From contig JAHFEK010000008.1 in assembly GCA_023248495.1 (NCBI GenBank), forward strand, positions 1,920 through 65,919: DNA of 64,000 bases, written 5' to 3'. How positions within the stretch are numbered: position 1 is the first letter of the stretch; each line of letters opens with the position of its first letter. Of the stretch, positions 1 through 9,696 are shown one piece after another. Both the position numbers and the translations under genes were made by a program. This DNA is from Nitrospinales bacterium (GTDB lineage Bacteria; Nitrospinota_A; UBA7883; JACRGQ01). A model generated the notes under the pieces. That model was not told where the DNA came from, searched no databases, and saw only the letters and a list, made by a program, of their open reading frames with translations.

Positions 1-21
1 CGGCGTAATTGAAGGAAACCA

Positions 22-939
22 TTATTTTTGCGCCGCCTTCAGCGTGTTGTTGATCGCCATCAATCGGGCCGCCGCGTCGCGGTAGGTCTTATCGGTCTTG
101 TAGACCGCCCCCAGGAAATTGAAGGCCTCCTTGAGCATCCCCATTTCCTGCAATGTTACACCAATTTCATAGCGGAAACCCATAATCTCGGCCGGATCCT
201 GCGTCGCTTGCGCGCCCGCCTTGAACCGTTCAATCGCTTCCTTGTGCCTTTTAAGGTGGCGCAGGCATACCCCGGCCATGCTTAGGGCCTCCATGCGGAA
301 ATCGGCGCTCTTGGCCGCGCGTTCAAATTCAGCCAGCGCCTGTTCGTGCAATCCCATATCCATGTAGCTCACGCCGAGGTTGTAAATCGTCTCGCCATCG
401 GCCTCGCCCAACTGTTCGTGCACCTTATCTGAAAAATCGGCAAACATCTTCTTGAAACTGTCGGTATCCATTTCCGCTTGGCCAACCTCGGCGGGAGCGG
501 GCGGCGGGGCCGCGTGGGCGGGCGCCATCCGTTCGATGAACATATCCTCGCGGATTTCTTCTTCCACCACCGGGTTGAAAACGTTCTTGGCGCTGTTGAC
601 GATGAATTCGGTATTGTCGTCTTTGGTGAAATAGCTGGAGAGCTTAAGCTTGCGCAGCTTCACCTCCAGCGATACATCGATACGTTCGGTATAGACAAAA
701 ATCTCCACCCCTTTCATGGCGGGATTGGCTTTAAGTTCTTCCAGAAAATGCATGGGGTTGGCGTTCTTCGCGTTTACGAGGGTGACGTCGATATCGGTCA
801 CGACGATCCCCGGTTTGGCCGCGATAATCGCGGTGATGTCCGGGCGACCGGTGACGACTTCGTATCCCGCCTTCTGATACAGAGCGGCAAGGCCCACCTT
901 CGCGGTGAAAGGGTCTTCGACGATATATATTTTTCCCAT
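22..939 (-). CDS. Receiver-like (REC) domain protein with C-terminal TPR repeats
   Basis: 305-aa ORF. The N-terminal ~110 aa look like a CheY-type receiver (IYIVEDP...VVTDIDV), though the acidic pocket may be degenerate. The C-terminal half has TPR-like repeats (GVSYMDMGLHEQALAEFERA, GVTLQEMGMLKEAFNFLGAVYK). Confidence 0.6.
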   Translation of the reverse strand: MGKIYIVEDPFTAKVGLAALYQKAGYEVVTGRPDITAIIAAKPGIVVTDIDVTLVNAKNANPMHFLEELKANPAMKGVEIFVYTERIDVSLEVKLRKLKLSSYFTKDDNTEFIVNSAKNVFNPVVEEEIREDMFIERMAPAHAAPPPAPAEVGQAEMDTDSFKKMFADFSDKVHEQLGEADGETIYNLGVSYMDMGLHEQALAEFERAAKSADFRMEALSMAGVCLRHLKRHKEAIERFKAGAQATQDPAEIMGFRYEIGVTLQEMGMLKEAFNFLGAVYKTDKTYRDAAARLMAINNTLKAAQK

Positions 940-1181
940 TATTCCATAATTTTTCGTTTAGCGTCTTCTATGGGCATTTCTAACATTTCATTTTAACTTA
1001 ATCGGCATCCCTCCCGGTACTCCTATTTGGTGGCTTTAAAGCGGCCTAAATTTATTGCGGGAGCTATTTTTTCACCGCAGTCCATTGACACCTTGGTTGC
1101 CGGAGGAGGAAAATAAAAGGCAGGGAAGGGTATTTGAGTTACGGATGGACACAACCAATCCCATAAAAGGGGGTGAGTTGA

Positions 1182-1436
1182 ATGAAATATAATGATTCGC
1201 GTAAAGAGGAAATGTGGCTTTGGTTTCACGATAATTTTGCGCCACCCGAAGAGTGCAATCCGTCGATGAGCGCCGAACACGGATACCAATATGTCTGTGG
1301 AGGGCCCTATTATGCGACGGAAGTGTTAACAGCCGCCTTTGGCGGGAAGATGCACCACCTGCTAATCAAGGAGGTGGCGGAGGATCTTGAATTGGAATCG
1401 CACGAGTGGATTGTGAAGGAAGGACACGCCGTCTGA
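1182..1436 (+). CDS. Hypothetical small protein
   Basis: 84-codon ORF with an AAGGGGGTGA Shine-Dalgarno a few nt upstream of the ATG. No family recognised. Confidence 0.35.
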   Translation: MKYNDSRKEEMWLWFHDNFAPPEECNPSMSAEHGYQYVCGGPYYATEVLTAAFGGKMHHLLIKEVAEDLELESHEWIVKEGHAV

Positions 1437-1568
1437 GGGCAGGCCGCGCGCGATTGCCTCTTTCCCATTCAGCGCCAAGGGGCAATGCCGTGCGGGGTGA
1501 TGGGATTGCGGTTTTGTCTTTTTTACTTTTCCGGCGGGGGATGATGATATTCTTCATAAATACATCCC

Positions 1569-2825
1569 ATGGCGAAAGTAGACGGTATCCAGGAATCCCC
1601 CGCCGCGCGCGTCGTGCGCGGTATACGCACCGGCTTTTTCCTGCTGGCGGAAGCGGGGCGTTCGTTTCTGCGTAATAACCAGTTCGAAACCGCGGCCGCC
1701 TTGGCCTATTACGGTTTTTTCGCGATGATCCCGCTGCTGTTGCTGGCGATGCTAATGCTGGGCACCTATATCATAAGTTCGCGCGAGGCTATGACCGGCA
1801 TCGATGCGCTCACCCGGCAGATTTTCCCCGAGTTCAGCAAGGTTATCATCAAGGAGGTTCACTCTCTGTCGCGCAGCGCGAAAAGTTGGGGATTGCTGGG
1901 GCTTATCGCCGTCTTCTGGGCCGCTACGCCGCTCACTGGCGGTTTGCGCACGGCCTTTAAGGAAATTTTCCGCGTGGAACGGCGCGTTTCAATTGTGCGC
2001 GGTATGCTCTTTGATGCGGCGGCGGTGGCTATCATCCTGGCGCTTTTTGTGGCGCTTACGGTAAGCAACATCGGCTATTCGGTGGTGCAGGCCCGCTTCT
2101 TGAACAGCGTTCCGGCGGTTTACCGGATCAGTTACGCCGTCGGCCCTTTTCTGCTCATCCTCGTTTTCCTGGCCATTTTTTATTTTCTTTTTGCACCCCG
2201 CGTCTCCCCGCGTCACCTTGCCGTGGGCACGGTGATCACCGCCGTGGCCTGGATTGCGATGAAGTGGATGTTTAGCTTTTTTATCACCCTCAATCCGGCG
2301 TACGGCGTTGCTTTTGGCTCCCTCCAGGCGGTATTCATCGTGATCGCCTGGGTATATGTTTCATTCATAGTGATACTTTTCGGCGCCGAGTTCATGGCCG
2401 CCCTCGGCATGCGGGAAGCGTTGCTGCTAAAGGAAGTATTTGCCTCGCCCGCGCGTTTCCAGCGGCGCGAAAAACTATTGCATAAATACATTCAATCCAT
2501 TTCGGATGGCGAGGTCATTTGCCGCGAAGGGGAGCGGGGGAGCAGCATGTTTTATCTGTTGGAGGGGGAAGTCGAAATCAGGCGGGCGGGGGCGACGCCA
2601 CGGCGGTTGGGGCCGAAAGAGTTTTTCGGGGAAATCGCCATGTTGCTGGGCGGCGACCGCTCGGCCACGGCGATCGCCGCGGCGCAATGCCGCGTGATAG
2701 AAATTTCGCGGGACAATTTTCATAAAATTAACGAGCTTGATTCAAGCATTAGCGCCACGCTGCTTCGCCAAATGGCGGTGCGGCTTAAATATCACGAACG
2801 GAATGAGGAAAATATCCATCCATGA
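1569..2825 (+). CDS. YihY/BrkB-family membrane protein fused to a C-terminal cyclic-nucleotide-binding domain
   Basis: 418 aa. The multi-TM N-terminal part has the AAALAYYGFFAMIPLLLL motif typical of the YihY family. The last ~120 aa are CAP-effector-like (FYLLEGEVEI...FFGEIAMLLGGDRSATAIA). Confidence 0.75.
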   Translation: MAKVDGIQESPAARVVRGIRTGFFLLAEAGRSFLRNNQFETAAALAYYGFFAMIPLLLLAMLMLGTYIISSREAMTGIDALTRQIFPEFSKVIIKEVHSLSRSAKSWGLLGLIAVFWAATPLTGGLRTAFKEIFRVERRVSIVRGMLFDAAAVAIILALFVALTVSNIGYSVVQARFLNSVPAVYRISYAVGPFLLILVFLAIFYFLFAPRVSPRHLAVGTVITAVAWIAMKWMFSFFITLNPAYGVAFGSLQAVFIVIAWVYVSFIVILFGAEFMAALGMREALLLKEVFASPARFQRREKLLHKYIQSISDGEVICREGERGSSMFYLLEGEVEIRRAGATPRRLGPKEFFGEIAMLLGGDRSATAIAAAQCRVIEISRDNFHKINELDSSISATLLRQMAVRLKYHERNEENIHP

Positions 2826-3526
2826 ACCCCCACGCACTCACGCTCCTCAAAGGTTTTTTCGCCATCCTGCTGTTGTCGTCGGGAGCTCTGGTATATTGGG
2901 AATATCGGACGGAGGGCCTGACCCCGGGCCAACTCGCCCGGCAGGTGCGGGAGTTTGGCGTGTGGGGGCCGGTCGTTTTTGTGTCCGCCTATGCGTTGCT
3001 CACGGGCGCCGGTTTTCCGGCCGTTGTTCTTTCCACGCTTGGCGCGCTCGTTTTTGGCAAGTGGCTCGGCACGGCGTTCAACCTTCTCGGCGCGATGGGT
3101 GGCGCTTCTATCGCATTTGCTTTCTCCCGTTTCCTGCTCAAGGATTTTTTTGAACGCCGCGTTTTTGGGGGAATTCCGTGGTACGCGCGCTTTAACGAGG
3201 GAGTCGGGCAAAATGGTTTTTATTACATTCTCCTCGTCCGTCTGATACCGCTGTTTCCCTTTAACGGAATAAACTTCGCCGCGGGCATAACCAACCTGGG
3301 CTACCGGCGTTATTTTTTCGGCACGCTGCTGGGAATGGTGCCGCACGCATTTGTATACGCCAACGCGGTGGCGGAGTTGGGAGAATCCGCCGCCCAAGGG
3401 TTCCGCATGACCTCCGGGCTCGCGGTGGCGATGGTCTTGCTGGTGCTGTTCGTCATCGCGTCAATGTTGGTGAAAAAGTCCATCGAACGCCGTAGGGGGG
3501 CCGCGCCGAAGCTGGGCGCCGACTAG
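2822..3526 (+). CDS. TVP38/TMEM64 (DedA-related, SNARE-associated) family membrane protein
   Basis: 234-aa multi-TM ORF. Its start overlaps the upstream stop (ATGA). Motifs VFVSAYALLTGAGFP and LIPLFPFNGINFAAG are typical of the family. Confidence 0.75.
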   Translation: MNPHALTLLKGFFAILLLSSGALVYWEYRTEGLTPGQLARQVREFGVWGPVVFVSAYALLTGAGFPAVVLSTLGALVFGKWLGTAFNLLGAMGGASIAFAFSRFLLKDFFERRVFGGIPWYARFNEGVGQNGFYYILLVRLIPLFPFNGINFAAGITNLGYRRYFFGTLLGMVPHAFVYANAVAELGESAAQGFRMTSGLAVAMVLLVLFVIASMLVKKSIERRRGAAPKLGAD

Positions 3527-5205
3527 TGCTCTTCGTGCGCGAGGGCGCGGGCGCCCATCCGGATCGGCAGAAACACCGCTGCCGCGGTGAGGCCGACAAC
3601 GATGGCGTAGCAGGCGTACACTTCCCAGCCCCCCACTTCCTGATTCAGGAATTTTTGGGAAAAGTGAACCCAGACTGGCCGTACGCCGAACATCACGATA
3701 ATGCCAAGATAGCCAAGTGCAAGGATCATGTAGTAAATCGCGCCGGTGGAGACGCCCACCTCGGCGATATTCTCGTGCTCGAATACCGGATAGAGCGCGC
3801 CCAGTCCGATGCCCAGCCCCGTCAGTCCCACCGTGATGAAGAAAATCCCCCCGGCGGAAATCGCCATGAGGAACGGGTCAACCTCGAGAAAAAGGTTGCT
3901 GACCACCACCAGCGTCTCCGCCAGCAGGAGCAGCGGCGCAAGGTAGAAAAAAAACTTTGTCCAGAGGTATTGCGAGAAATCGACCGGCGCGCATTTGATA
4001 ATCCAAAAGCTCCGCGCCTCGATCGAGGTGCTCGTGAAAACAAAGCGGACCGCGATGGCGGCCAGCACCACGCCGGCCAGTCCGATGTTCATCACCGATA
4101 CGAAGTTCTTGAGGAAAAGCGAATCCATCGGCAGCGAGCGGATGTTGAAGATGTAGACCGCAACCAGCGCGGAGAGCATGAATATCTGAGTCCACTGCGC
4201 CGGATCGCGCCAGAATACCCGGACATCCTTCATGATGATGGTCCGCAACGGCGGCGCGGCCCATGAAAGCACATTTTCCATACGGGGATAGAATCGGCTG
4301 GCGCGCCGTCCCCGCACCCCTTCGCGCCCGGTGTAGGCGATGGACCAGCCGCGGTAATACACGCGCGACACGCCGAAAAACACGGCCGCCAGCAACGCCG
4401 CGGCGGCGGCCCACGCGACGAGCGTCCAGAACCACATCTCGCCGAAATTGCCTTTGGTGCCCGCACCCAGCGCGGAGGCGAGCCACGTGCTCGGCAGCCA
4501 CGGGTAGGAGGGCGCCTTCAACCGCTCGACGTACATCTGTATTTCGGCCATCGGAATTTTTTTGCCCAGGAATTTTTCCGGCTGCATGAACCGGAAGAAC
4601 ATGACGAGGCTTCCCATGAAAATCAGCCCGATGATGGAAAGGAACTGATAAGTTTTGCGTGCGGGAAACCATCGCATCAGCAGCATCGTGACCGCCGTGC
4701 CTATCGCCGCCGGAATCAGGATAAACGGCATCATCGCCAGCAACATCAGGGGATAGTAAGGGGCCGGCGCGTTATGGCATTCCCCCAGCGCCACGAAAAT
4801 CGGCAGGCCGAAAACAAACAGCATCCACGAACTGTTGATGGTGGTCTGCTGAAAGCGTTGGGCGAATATCGGCCGCATTCCGATGGGAGAGGCGATCAGG
4901 AGGTCGAGATCTTTGGAAAGATAAAAGGTGCTGATGGCGGCGATGATATTGGAGAAGGTCAACATGGAGAAAAAGGTAAGGCAAATCACCATGAGGAACT
5001 GCGGGATAAGAATGTCGGCCAACTCCAGCGGCAGCGTGAGGATGTAGTCGATCACCCGGCGGAAGAAGAGGTAGTCTCCGGCGATGAATGCGATTGCCAG
5101 CAGCGTGAGCAGGATCATCCCGTTGCGCTGGTGGCGCGTGGCGCGGGTAATGCTATTCCACAAGACGCGCCGCCGGACGCCGCTGAGCAAAAGATAGCCC
5201 CTCAT
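3523..5205 (-). CDS. Large polytopic membrane protein (ABC-2-type permease-like, no cognate ATPase nearby)
   Basis: Long, very hydrophobic ORF with many predicted TM segments. Start moved from 5310 to ATG 5205 (MRGYLLL) so it no longer overlaps the upstream gene. The family call is tentative. Confidence 0.55.
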   Translation of the reverse strand: MRGYLLLSGVRRRVLWNSITRATRHQRNGMILLTLLAIAFIAGDYLFFRRVIDYILTLPLELADILIPQFLMVICLTFFSMLTFSNIIAAISTFYLSKDLDLLIASPIGMRPIFAQRFQQTTINSSWMLFVFGLPIFVALGECHNAPAPYYPLMLLAMMPFILIPAAIGTAVTMLLMRWFPARKTYQFLSIIGLIFMGSLVMFFRFMQPEKFLGKKIPMAEIQMYVERLKAPSYPWLPSTWLASALGAGTKGNFGEMWFWTLVAWAAAAALLAAVFFGVSRVYYRGWSIAYTGREGVRGRRASRFYPRMENVLSWAAPPLRTIIMKDVRVFWRDPAQWTQIFMLSALVAVYIFNIRSLPMDSLFLKNFVSVMNIGLAGVVLAAIAVRFVFTSTSIEARSFWIIKCAPVDFSQYLWTKFFFYLAPLLLLAETLVVVSNLFLEVDPFLMAISAGGIFFITVGLTGLGIGLGALYPVFEHENIAEVGVSTGAIYYMILALGYLGIIVMFGVRPVWVHFSQKFLNQEVGGWEVYACYAIVVGLTAAAVFLPIRMGARALAHEEH

Positions 5206-5227
5206 GCCGCCATTATAACCCGTTGTC

Positions 5228-5935
5228 TCAGGCCAAATCTTCCTTGGCGGCCTTGTGCGCGTTTCTTCCCTCAATATATTTTTTGATGCGTATCGGCGCC
5301 AGGCTGACAAACGCCAGCAGGCAAAGTGCCGCTATCAGGCCCGGACTCATTTTAAATCCGTTAGCCGCCGCTTCCCCCACCTCCACCACGGCATTCGTCA
5401 AGGTGAAGTCGTACGGCAACATGCCGATCATTGTGGCAAGCAGAAAATGCCGGTACCGGATGTTGGTGAGGCCGGAAGCGTAGTTGGTTCCATTGAAAGG
5501 GAATATCGGCATGAATCGCACGAAAAGCATGTAATAAAAGCCGTCTTTTTCGATGCCCTTGGAGAAGGTCTCGAACCATTTTGCGCCAGCGAATCTCTCG
5601 GCGATGAAATCCCGCGCAATAAGCCGGGCTATCCAAAACGCGCCGCTGGCCCCCATGCTGGCCCCGAACAGATTTATGCAGGTTCCATAAAACCGCCCAA
5701 ACACCAGCCCCCCCACAGTGGAGCAAAGAACGGCGGGAAAGCCGAATGTGACCAGCGTTCCATACATCGCGATGAACACCAGCGGCGCAAATATCCCAAA
5801 GCCGGTGATCCACGCGCGAAGCTCGGCCACCGTTATGAGGTTGCCCGATCTAAAAGCCCAAATTCCGTAGCCGATGGCGGAAATAATAACCAGGGTAAAA
5901 AGAATTCTGGCCAATCTCAATTTGTTTCCAGTCAC
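5228..5935 (-). CDS. TVP38/TMEM64 (DedA-related) family membrane protein, paralog of 2822..3526
   Basis: 235 aa. FAPLVFIAMYGTLVTFGFPAVLCSTVGGLVFG and FMPIFPFNGTNYASG parallel the motifs of the 2822..3526 protein. Confidence 0.75.
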   Translation of the reverse strand: MTGNKLRLARILFTLVIISAIGYGIWAFRSGNLITVAELRAWITGFGIFAPLVFIAMYGTLVTFGFPAVLCSTVGGLVFGRFYGTCINLFGASMGASGAFWIARLIARDFIAERFAGAKWFETFSKGIEKDGFYYMLFVRFMPIFPFNGTNYASGLTNIRYRHFLLATMIGMLPYDFTLTNAVVEVGEAAANGFKMSPGLIAALCLLAFVSLAPIRIKKYIEGRNAHKAAKEDLA

Positions 5936-6139
5936 TTTTTATCTCCCCCTTCCCCTATGCGCCAGTCTATCCCATTTCAGCCCCTGCCGGATCGGAAGGG
6001 AAACCTGCGGGCGGTGGATCAGCCGGCGCGCGGATCCCGCAAAACCGGCGGGCGCATAACCGCTGGCGGAGTGGTCTCCATGCATCTTTTCCGCCTCGCG
6101 GATTGATTCTTCTTGTTGAGTGGGTTTGGCTGATGCCGC

Positions 6140-6970
6140 TTACTGGCGCAGGTAGACGATGCCCACCGAATAGGTCGTCCCTTCAGCCGTGTTTTTGCCG
6201 TACAGTGTCGGTGTGTAGCCAAACTCCAGTCCCCATGTATCGGTCAATTTATACCCCAGCGCTGTGTCAAGCTTTTGCAGGTCGAACTGATATATTGTTG
6301 TGGGATTGCCGCTTTTGTCCGCCATATTGTCGGCGTTGTACACGCTGGAAATGCCGTCCAGTTTCACCCGCGCATAAAGCTGTTTGGTGATGTTTATGCC
6401 GGCTTCCACGAGATAACGGAACTCGTCCGAAGGCGCTTCGGCCCGGTAGCGGTAACCCGCCTCGAAATTGGCGTATCCGGGCAACAGGCGCCACAACGAA
6501 AGTCCGTATAAAAGGCGGTATTCCGCGTCGAATTGACCGTTGCCGAGCGGCAACCCGCTGTTTTTGTCGTACGGGCCGGGAATTTTCACCAGGGCCTGAT
6601 GCGACAGAACGCCATAGATGCCGTCCGCCAGTTTATGTTTCAATCCCACCTCAATATCCGCGATCCCGGAGGTCGTGGTGGTCGTGGTGGTGCCGGAAGC
6701 GGTGGATTCATATTTATTCCTGATCTGTTTAAAATAAATGGAATTGGCGAGGCTGACGGTATCGGAAAGGCCGTATTCAATATAGTTGCCCACGTTCGTG
6801 TCGGTAAAATGGGGATCCGCCGAGTAATTGTTCAGGGAGACCTTGTCATACAGCTTCCCCTCCGCCAGCGTCCATGCCCCCGCGAAGCAGTCATTGAACG
6901 CCCCTGAAAGCATGATGTCCGCCATAACGGCCATGACGATAAATACTTTGATGGTGTTACGTATTTTCAT
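6140..6970 (-). CDS. Outer-membrane beta-barrel protein (porin-like)
   Basis: 276 aa. Signal peptide (MKIRNTIKVFIVMAVMA...FAGA) followed by alternating-hydrophobic strand patterns rich in Tyr and Gly. Confidence 0.5.
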   Translation of the reverse strand: MKIRNTIKVFIVMAVMADIMLSGAFNDCFAGAWTLAEGKLYDKVSLNNYSADPHFTDTNVGNYIEYGLSDTVSLANSIYFKQIRNKYESTASGTTTTTTTSGIADIEVGLKHKLADGIYGVLSHQALVKIPGPYDKNSGLPLGNGQFDAEYRLLYGLSLWRLLPGYANFEAGYRYRAEAPSDEFRYLVEAGINITKQLYARVKLDGISSVYNADNMADKSGNPTTIYQFDLQKLDTALGYKLTDTWGLEFGYTPTLYGKNTAEGTTYSVGIVYLRQ

Positions 6971-7043
6971 AAGCAGCCTTTTTACACAATCCGCCCTTCC
7001 CGTTTTTGGGAGCGCGGTGCTATCAGTTCAAACATGTTGTAGT

Positions 7044-7079
7044 TGCCGTATAAGGGGTTGCTCAACCCCTTATACGGCA
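7044..7079 (-). terminator. Perfect 17-bp palindromic hairpin downstream of the rhodanese lipoprotein gene (no clear U-tract)
   Basis: TGCCGTATAAGGGGTTG-CT-CAACCCCTTATACGGCA read directly from the sequence. It lies between two co-directional minus-strand genes. Confidence 0.3.
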
Positions 7080-7117
7080 CATTCGATCAGATCAATCCGG
7101 CCTTGCGGTTGCCGGTT

Positions 7118-9391
7118 TTAGGGAGTGGCTCCCGTGTTGACGGGGGCCGTGGTATCAGCGGACCATTCAGTCCACGATCCGTCGTAATTGCTGACGTTGT
7201 ACCCCATATACCGGAAGATGAAGTAATGGAGGGACGACCGCCAGCCGACCCAGCAATGGGTGATGATCGTTTTGCCCGCGGTTATGCCGTTCGCGGCCAT
7301 GACATTCTCAAGGGTGGTGTAATCCCGCGTCGACACGTCGGTGGCGGAGACATACCCCACTCCCTTTTTCGCGGTGAGGGCCACGCCGGTCACATCGCCG
7401 GCGGCGCCGATCGACGTAACGGAAACGATGGCCGCGTGATTGCCCCCGCCCACCATCAGGAGATTGCCGACGGTATAACCCGTGCCGCCTGCATTGACCG
7501 AAACGGCCGTCAACGCGCCGCCGGAGGTGGTCACCGTGGAAGTGCCCGCAACGATGGCCGAAGCGGTGGTATTAAGGGTGCATCCGGTGCCTGCGGTTAT
7601 GCCTGACGTGGGCAGAACCAGATTGGGCGAGGCCGGCTGCAGGAAATGGCCGGTGAGGATGTTGACGGCTTTGGGGATATGCCCGCCGATATAGGTGCTG
7701 CTGGTCGTGTAGTTATCGTATTCACGGGAATCGACGATGGAGTAATTCGTCGTGTCGGCATAACTGGCCAGCACGTATGACTTGATAGCCAACTTAATGC
7801 TTTCCACCGTTGAAGTGAACGTCGTGGCGGTCTTGGTGTTTGCGGTCGTCTGGGCCGTATTCGGCACCGCAGTCCATGCGGTATATCCGCCGTCGAGGAT
7901 GTGGACGTTCTTGGCGCCGAGGTATTCCAGAATCCAGAAAAGCCGCGCGGCGTAGGTGTCGACGGTGTCGCCGTAGATCAGTATTTCGCTGCCGTGGGAA
8001 ATGCCGGCCGCGCCAAGTTTGTACGCAACCGTGGCGGCATCCTCCTCCAGCATGGTGGTTATCCCGGAGGTGTTGTATTCATCGAAGGTGTCCCCCGGCA
8101 AACTGATGGCGCCGGTAATGTGGCCGGCCGTGTATTTCGCCAGGGTTCTCGCATCGACGATCACCAAAGTGCTGTCGGTGGAATGCGTGGTCAAATCCGT
8201 TGTCGACCACAGCAGGCCGGTATTGTATTTCGCCGGGATTACGGAAACCTCGCTGGATATCGCGCTTTCGCCATTGGAATTAACCGCGGTGACGATAAAG
8301 TAGTAAATCGTTCCATTCGTCAGGCCGGTTATGGTCTTGCTTGTGCCGGTTATGCCGGTGACCTTGGTGGTTGCCGAGGTGGTGACGCCGGCGGCGGTGC
8401 CGTAGTAGATATTATAGGTTGATGCCCCGGTGGCGGCCGGCCAACCGAGAGTCACCTGTCCGTTTCCGCCGGTCGTCGCTATACCAGCCGGCTTGCTTGC
8501 GATGGCCGTGGTGGGCAACGAAGTATCCGCGGCCCATTCGGCCCAGGAGCCATCGTAATTGCTTACGTTGAATCCCATCAGCCTGAGCATGAAATATCCT
8601 TGCCCGGACATATAGCCAACGTAGCAGTGGGTTATGGCCGTTTTGCCGGCGGTAACTCCCTTGGCATCCAGCAATGTTTTGATGTCCGCATAGGACTTTG
8701 TGGTGCCGTCCGTATTCAGGTAATCGGTTTCCAGGATGTTGACGGCATTGGGGATGTGCGCCGCGCTGAAATCGGCGGCAAACCGCGAATCAACGATCGC
8801 GTAGTTGGTTGTATCGGAGTAATGCGCCAGGACATCGGCCTTGGTGGCGATCTTGGTGGTATCCACGGTGGCCGTAAACGTCGTCGCCGCTGGCGTGTTC
8901 GCGGTGGTCTGCGGAGTATTGGCCGTTATCGCCGTCCATGCGGGGTATCCGCCATCAAGGACATGGACATCCTTTGCGCCCATGTATTCCAGCGCCCAGA
9001 ATACCCTTTCCGGGCCGCCGAAATCGCTGCTGGGATTGCCCGCCCCATACACAATGATGGTTGCCGTGTTGGAAACACCGGCGGCGCCTAGAACGGCGGG
9101 CGCCCCGGTGGGAGCGGTGTTGAGCACGGTCGAGGATGAAGTGGTGTCGAGCGACGAGGGGGACAAATGGATGGCGCCGGTAATATGGCCGGCGGCATAA
9201 AGGGCCGCGCTTCTGGTATCGATAATCACCTGGTTCGACGCGCTAACATTCAGCGATGCGGCGCTCACAAGCAGGCTGGATGTCGCTTTCGGGTAGGTTG
9301 TGGCAACGGTGGAGGTCGTGCTGCTGCCGCATGCGGCGAGGACAAGCATCCCGGCAAAAAATAAAATCGGAACCCCAAATAACTTCTTCAT
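7118..9391 (-). CDS. Secreted lipoprotein with two tandem-rhodanese (sulfurtransferase) modules separated by an FN3 domain
   Basis: Lipobox MKKLFGVPILFFAGMLVLAAC. Start set at ATG 9391. Two catalytic-type loops are present: THCYVGYMSGQ and THCWVGWRSSL, each followed by SNYDGSW(A/T)EW. The FN3 segment is GNGQVTLGWPAATGASTYNIYYG...GLTNGTIYYFIVTAVNSNGES. The fourth rhodanese domain carries a Gly/Thr-rich insertion. Confidence 0.8.
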   Translation of the reverse strand: MKKLFGVPILFFAGMLVLAACGSSTTSTVATTYPKATSSLLVSAASLNVSASNQVIIDTRSAALYAAGHITGAIHLSPSSLDTTSSSTVLNTAPTGAPAVLGAAGVSNTATIIVYGAGNPSSDFGGPERVFWALEYMGAKDVHVLDGGYPAWTAITANTPQTTANTPAATTFTATVDTTKIATKADVLAHYSDTTNYAIVDSRFAADFSAAHIPNAVNILETDYLNTDGTTKSYADIKTLLDAKGVTAGKTAITHCYVGYMSGQGYFMLRLMGFNVSNYDGSWAEWAADTSLPTTAIASKPAGIATTGGNGQVTLGWPAATGASTYNIYYGTAAGVTTSATTKVTGITGTSKTITGLTNGTIYYFIVTAVNSNGESAISSEVSVIPAKYNTGLLWSTTDLTTHSTDSTLVIVDARTLAKYTAGHITGAISLPGDTFDEYNTSGITTMLEEDAATVAYKLGAAGISHGSEILIYGDTVDTYAARLFWILEYLGAKNVHILDGGYTAWTAVPNTAQTTANTKTATTFTSTVESIKLAIKSYVLASYADTTNYSIVDSREYDNYTTSSTYIGGHIPKAVNILTGHFLQPASPNLVLPTSGITAGTGCTLNTTASAIVAGTSTVTTSGGALTAVSVNAGGTGYTVGNLLMVGGGNHAAIVSVTSIGAAGDVTGVALTAKKGVGYVSATDVSTRDYTTLENVMAANGITAGKTIITHCWVGWRSSLHYFIFRYMGYNVSNYDGSWTEWSADTTAPVNTGATP

Positions 9392-9562
9392 GTCAGCAGA
9401 TACTCCCATAAATTAATTTTTCGTAAAAAGGTCATAAGACCGGCAACCCGTTCCCCCCGTGGGGCCAGCTTGTTTTTTTCAACAAACATCCATTCTTACG
9501 CTTGAAAAGTATACTGGAAGTAGATTGGAACGGCCCAGAATAATTTAACTTAATAGTAAAGT

Positions 9563-9594
9563 ATTCAATTGGATAAGCGACTAATTGAACGCTT
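9563..9594 (-). promoter_or_regulatory. Operator-like motif, copy A (inverted repeat TTCAATT-N12-AATTGAA) overlapping a TTGAAT -35-like element
   Basis: ATTCAATTGGATAAGCGACTAATTGAACGCTT is 26/32 identical to 13730..13761. It lies 172 nt upstream of ATG 9391 (minus strand) and ~100 nt upstream of ATG 9697 (plus strand). Confidence 0.5.
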
Positions 9595-9696
9595 GAATAT
9601 AGCTATTGATTTTGTCCTGCCGTCCGGCGCTTGATAAGCCGCTTTGTGTTAAACTTCCAGAACCTTGAAGGAACGCAACAACAGCAACGGAGCGTC

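Noticed and set aside
3526-5286. Several plus- and minus-strand ORFs (246, 264, 170 aa, etc.) inside the large membrane-protein gene
   Set aside because: Their products are Arg/Gly/His-rich with no motifs. The 3523..5205 frame gives a coherent polytopic membrane protein.
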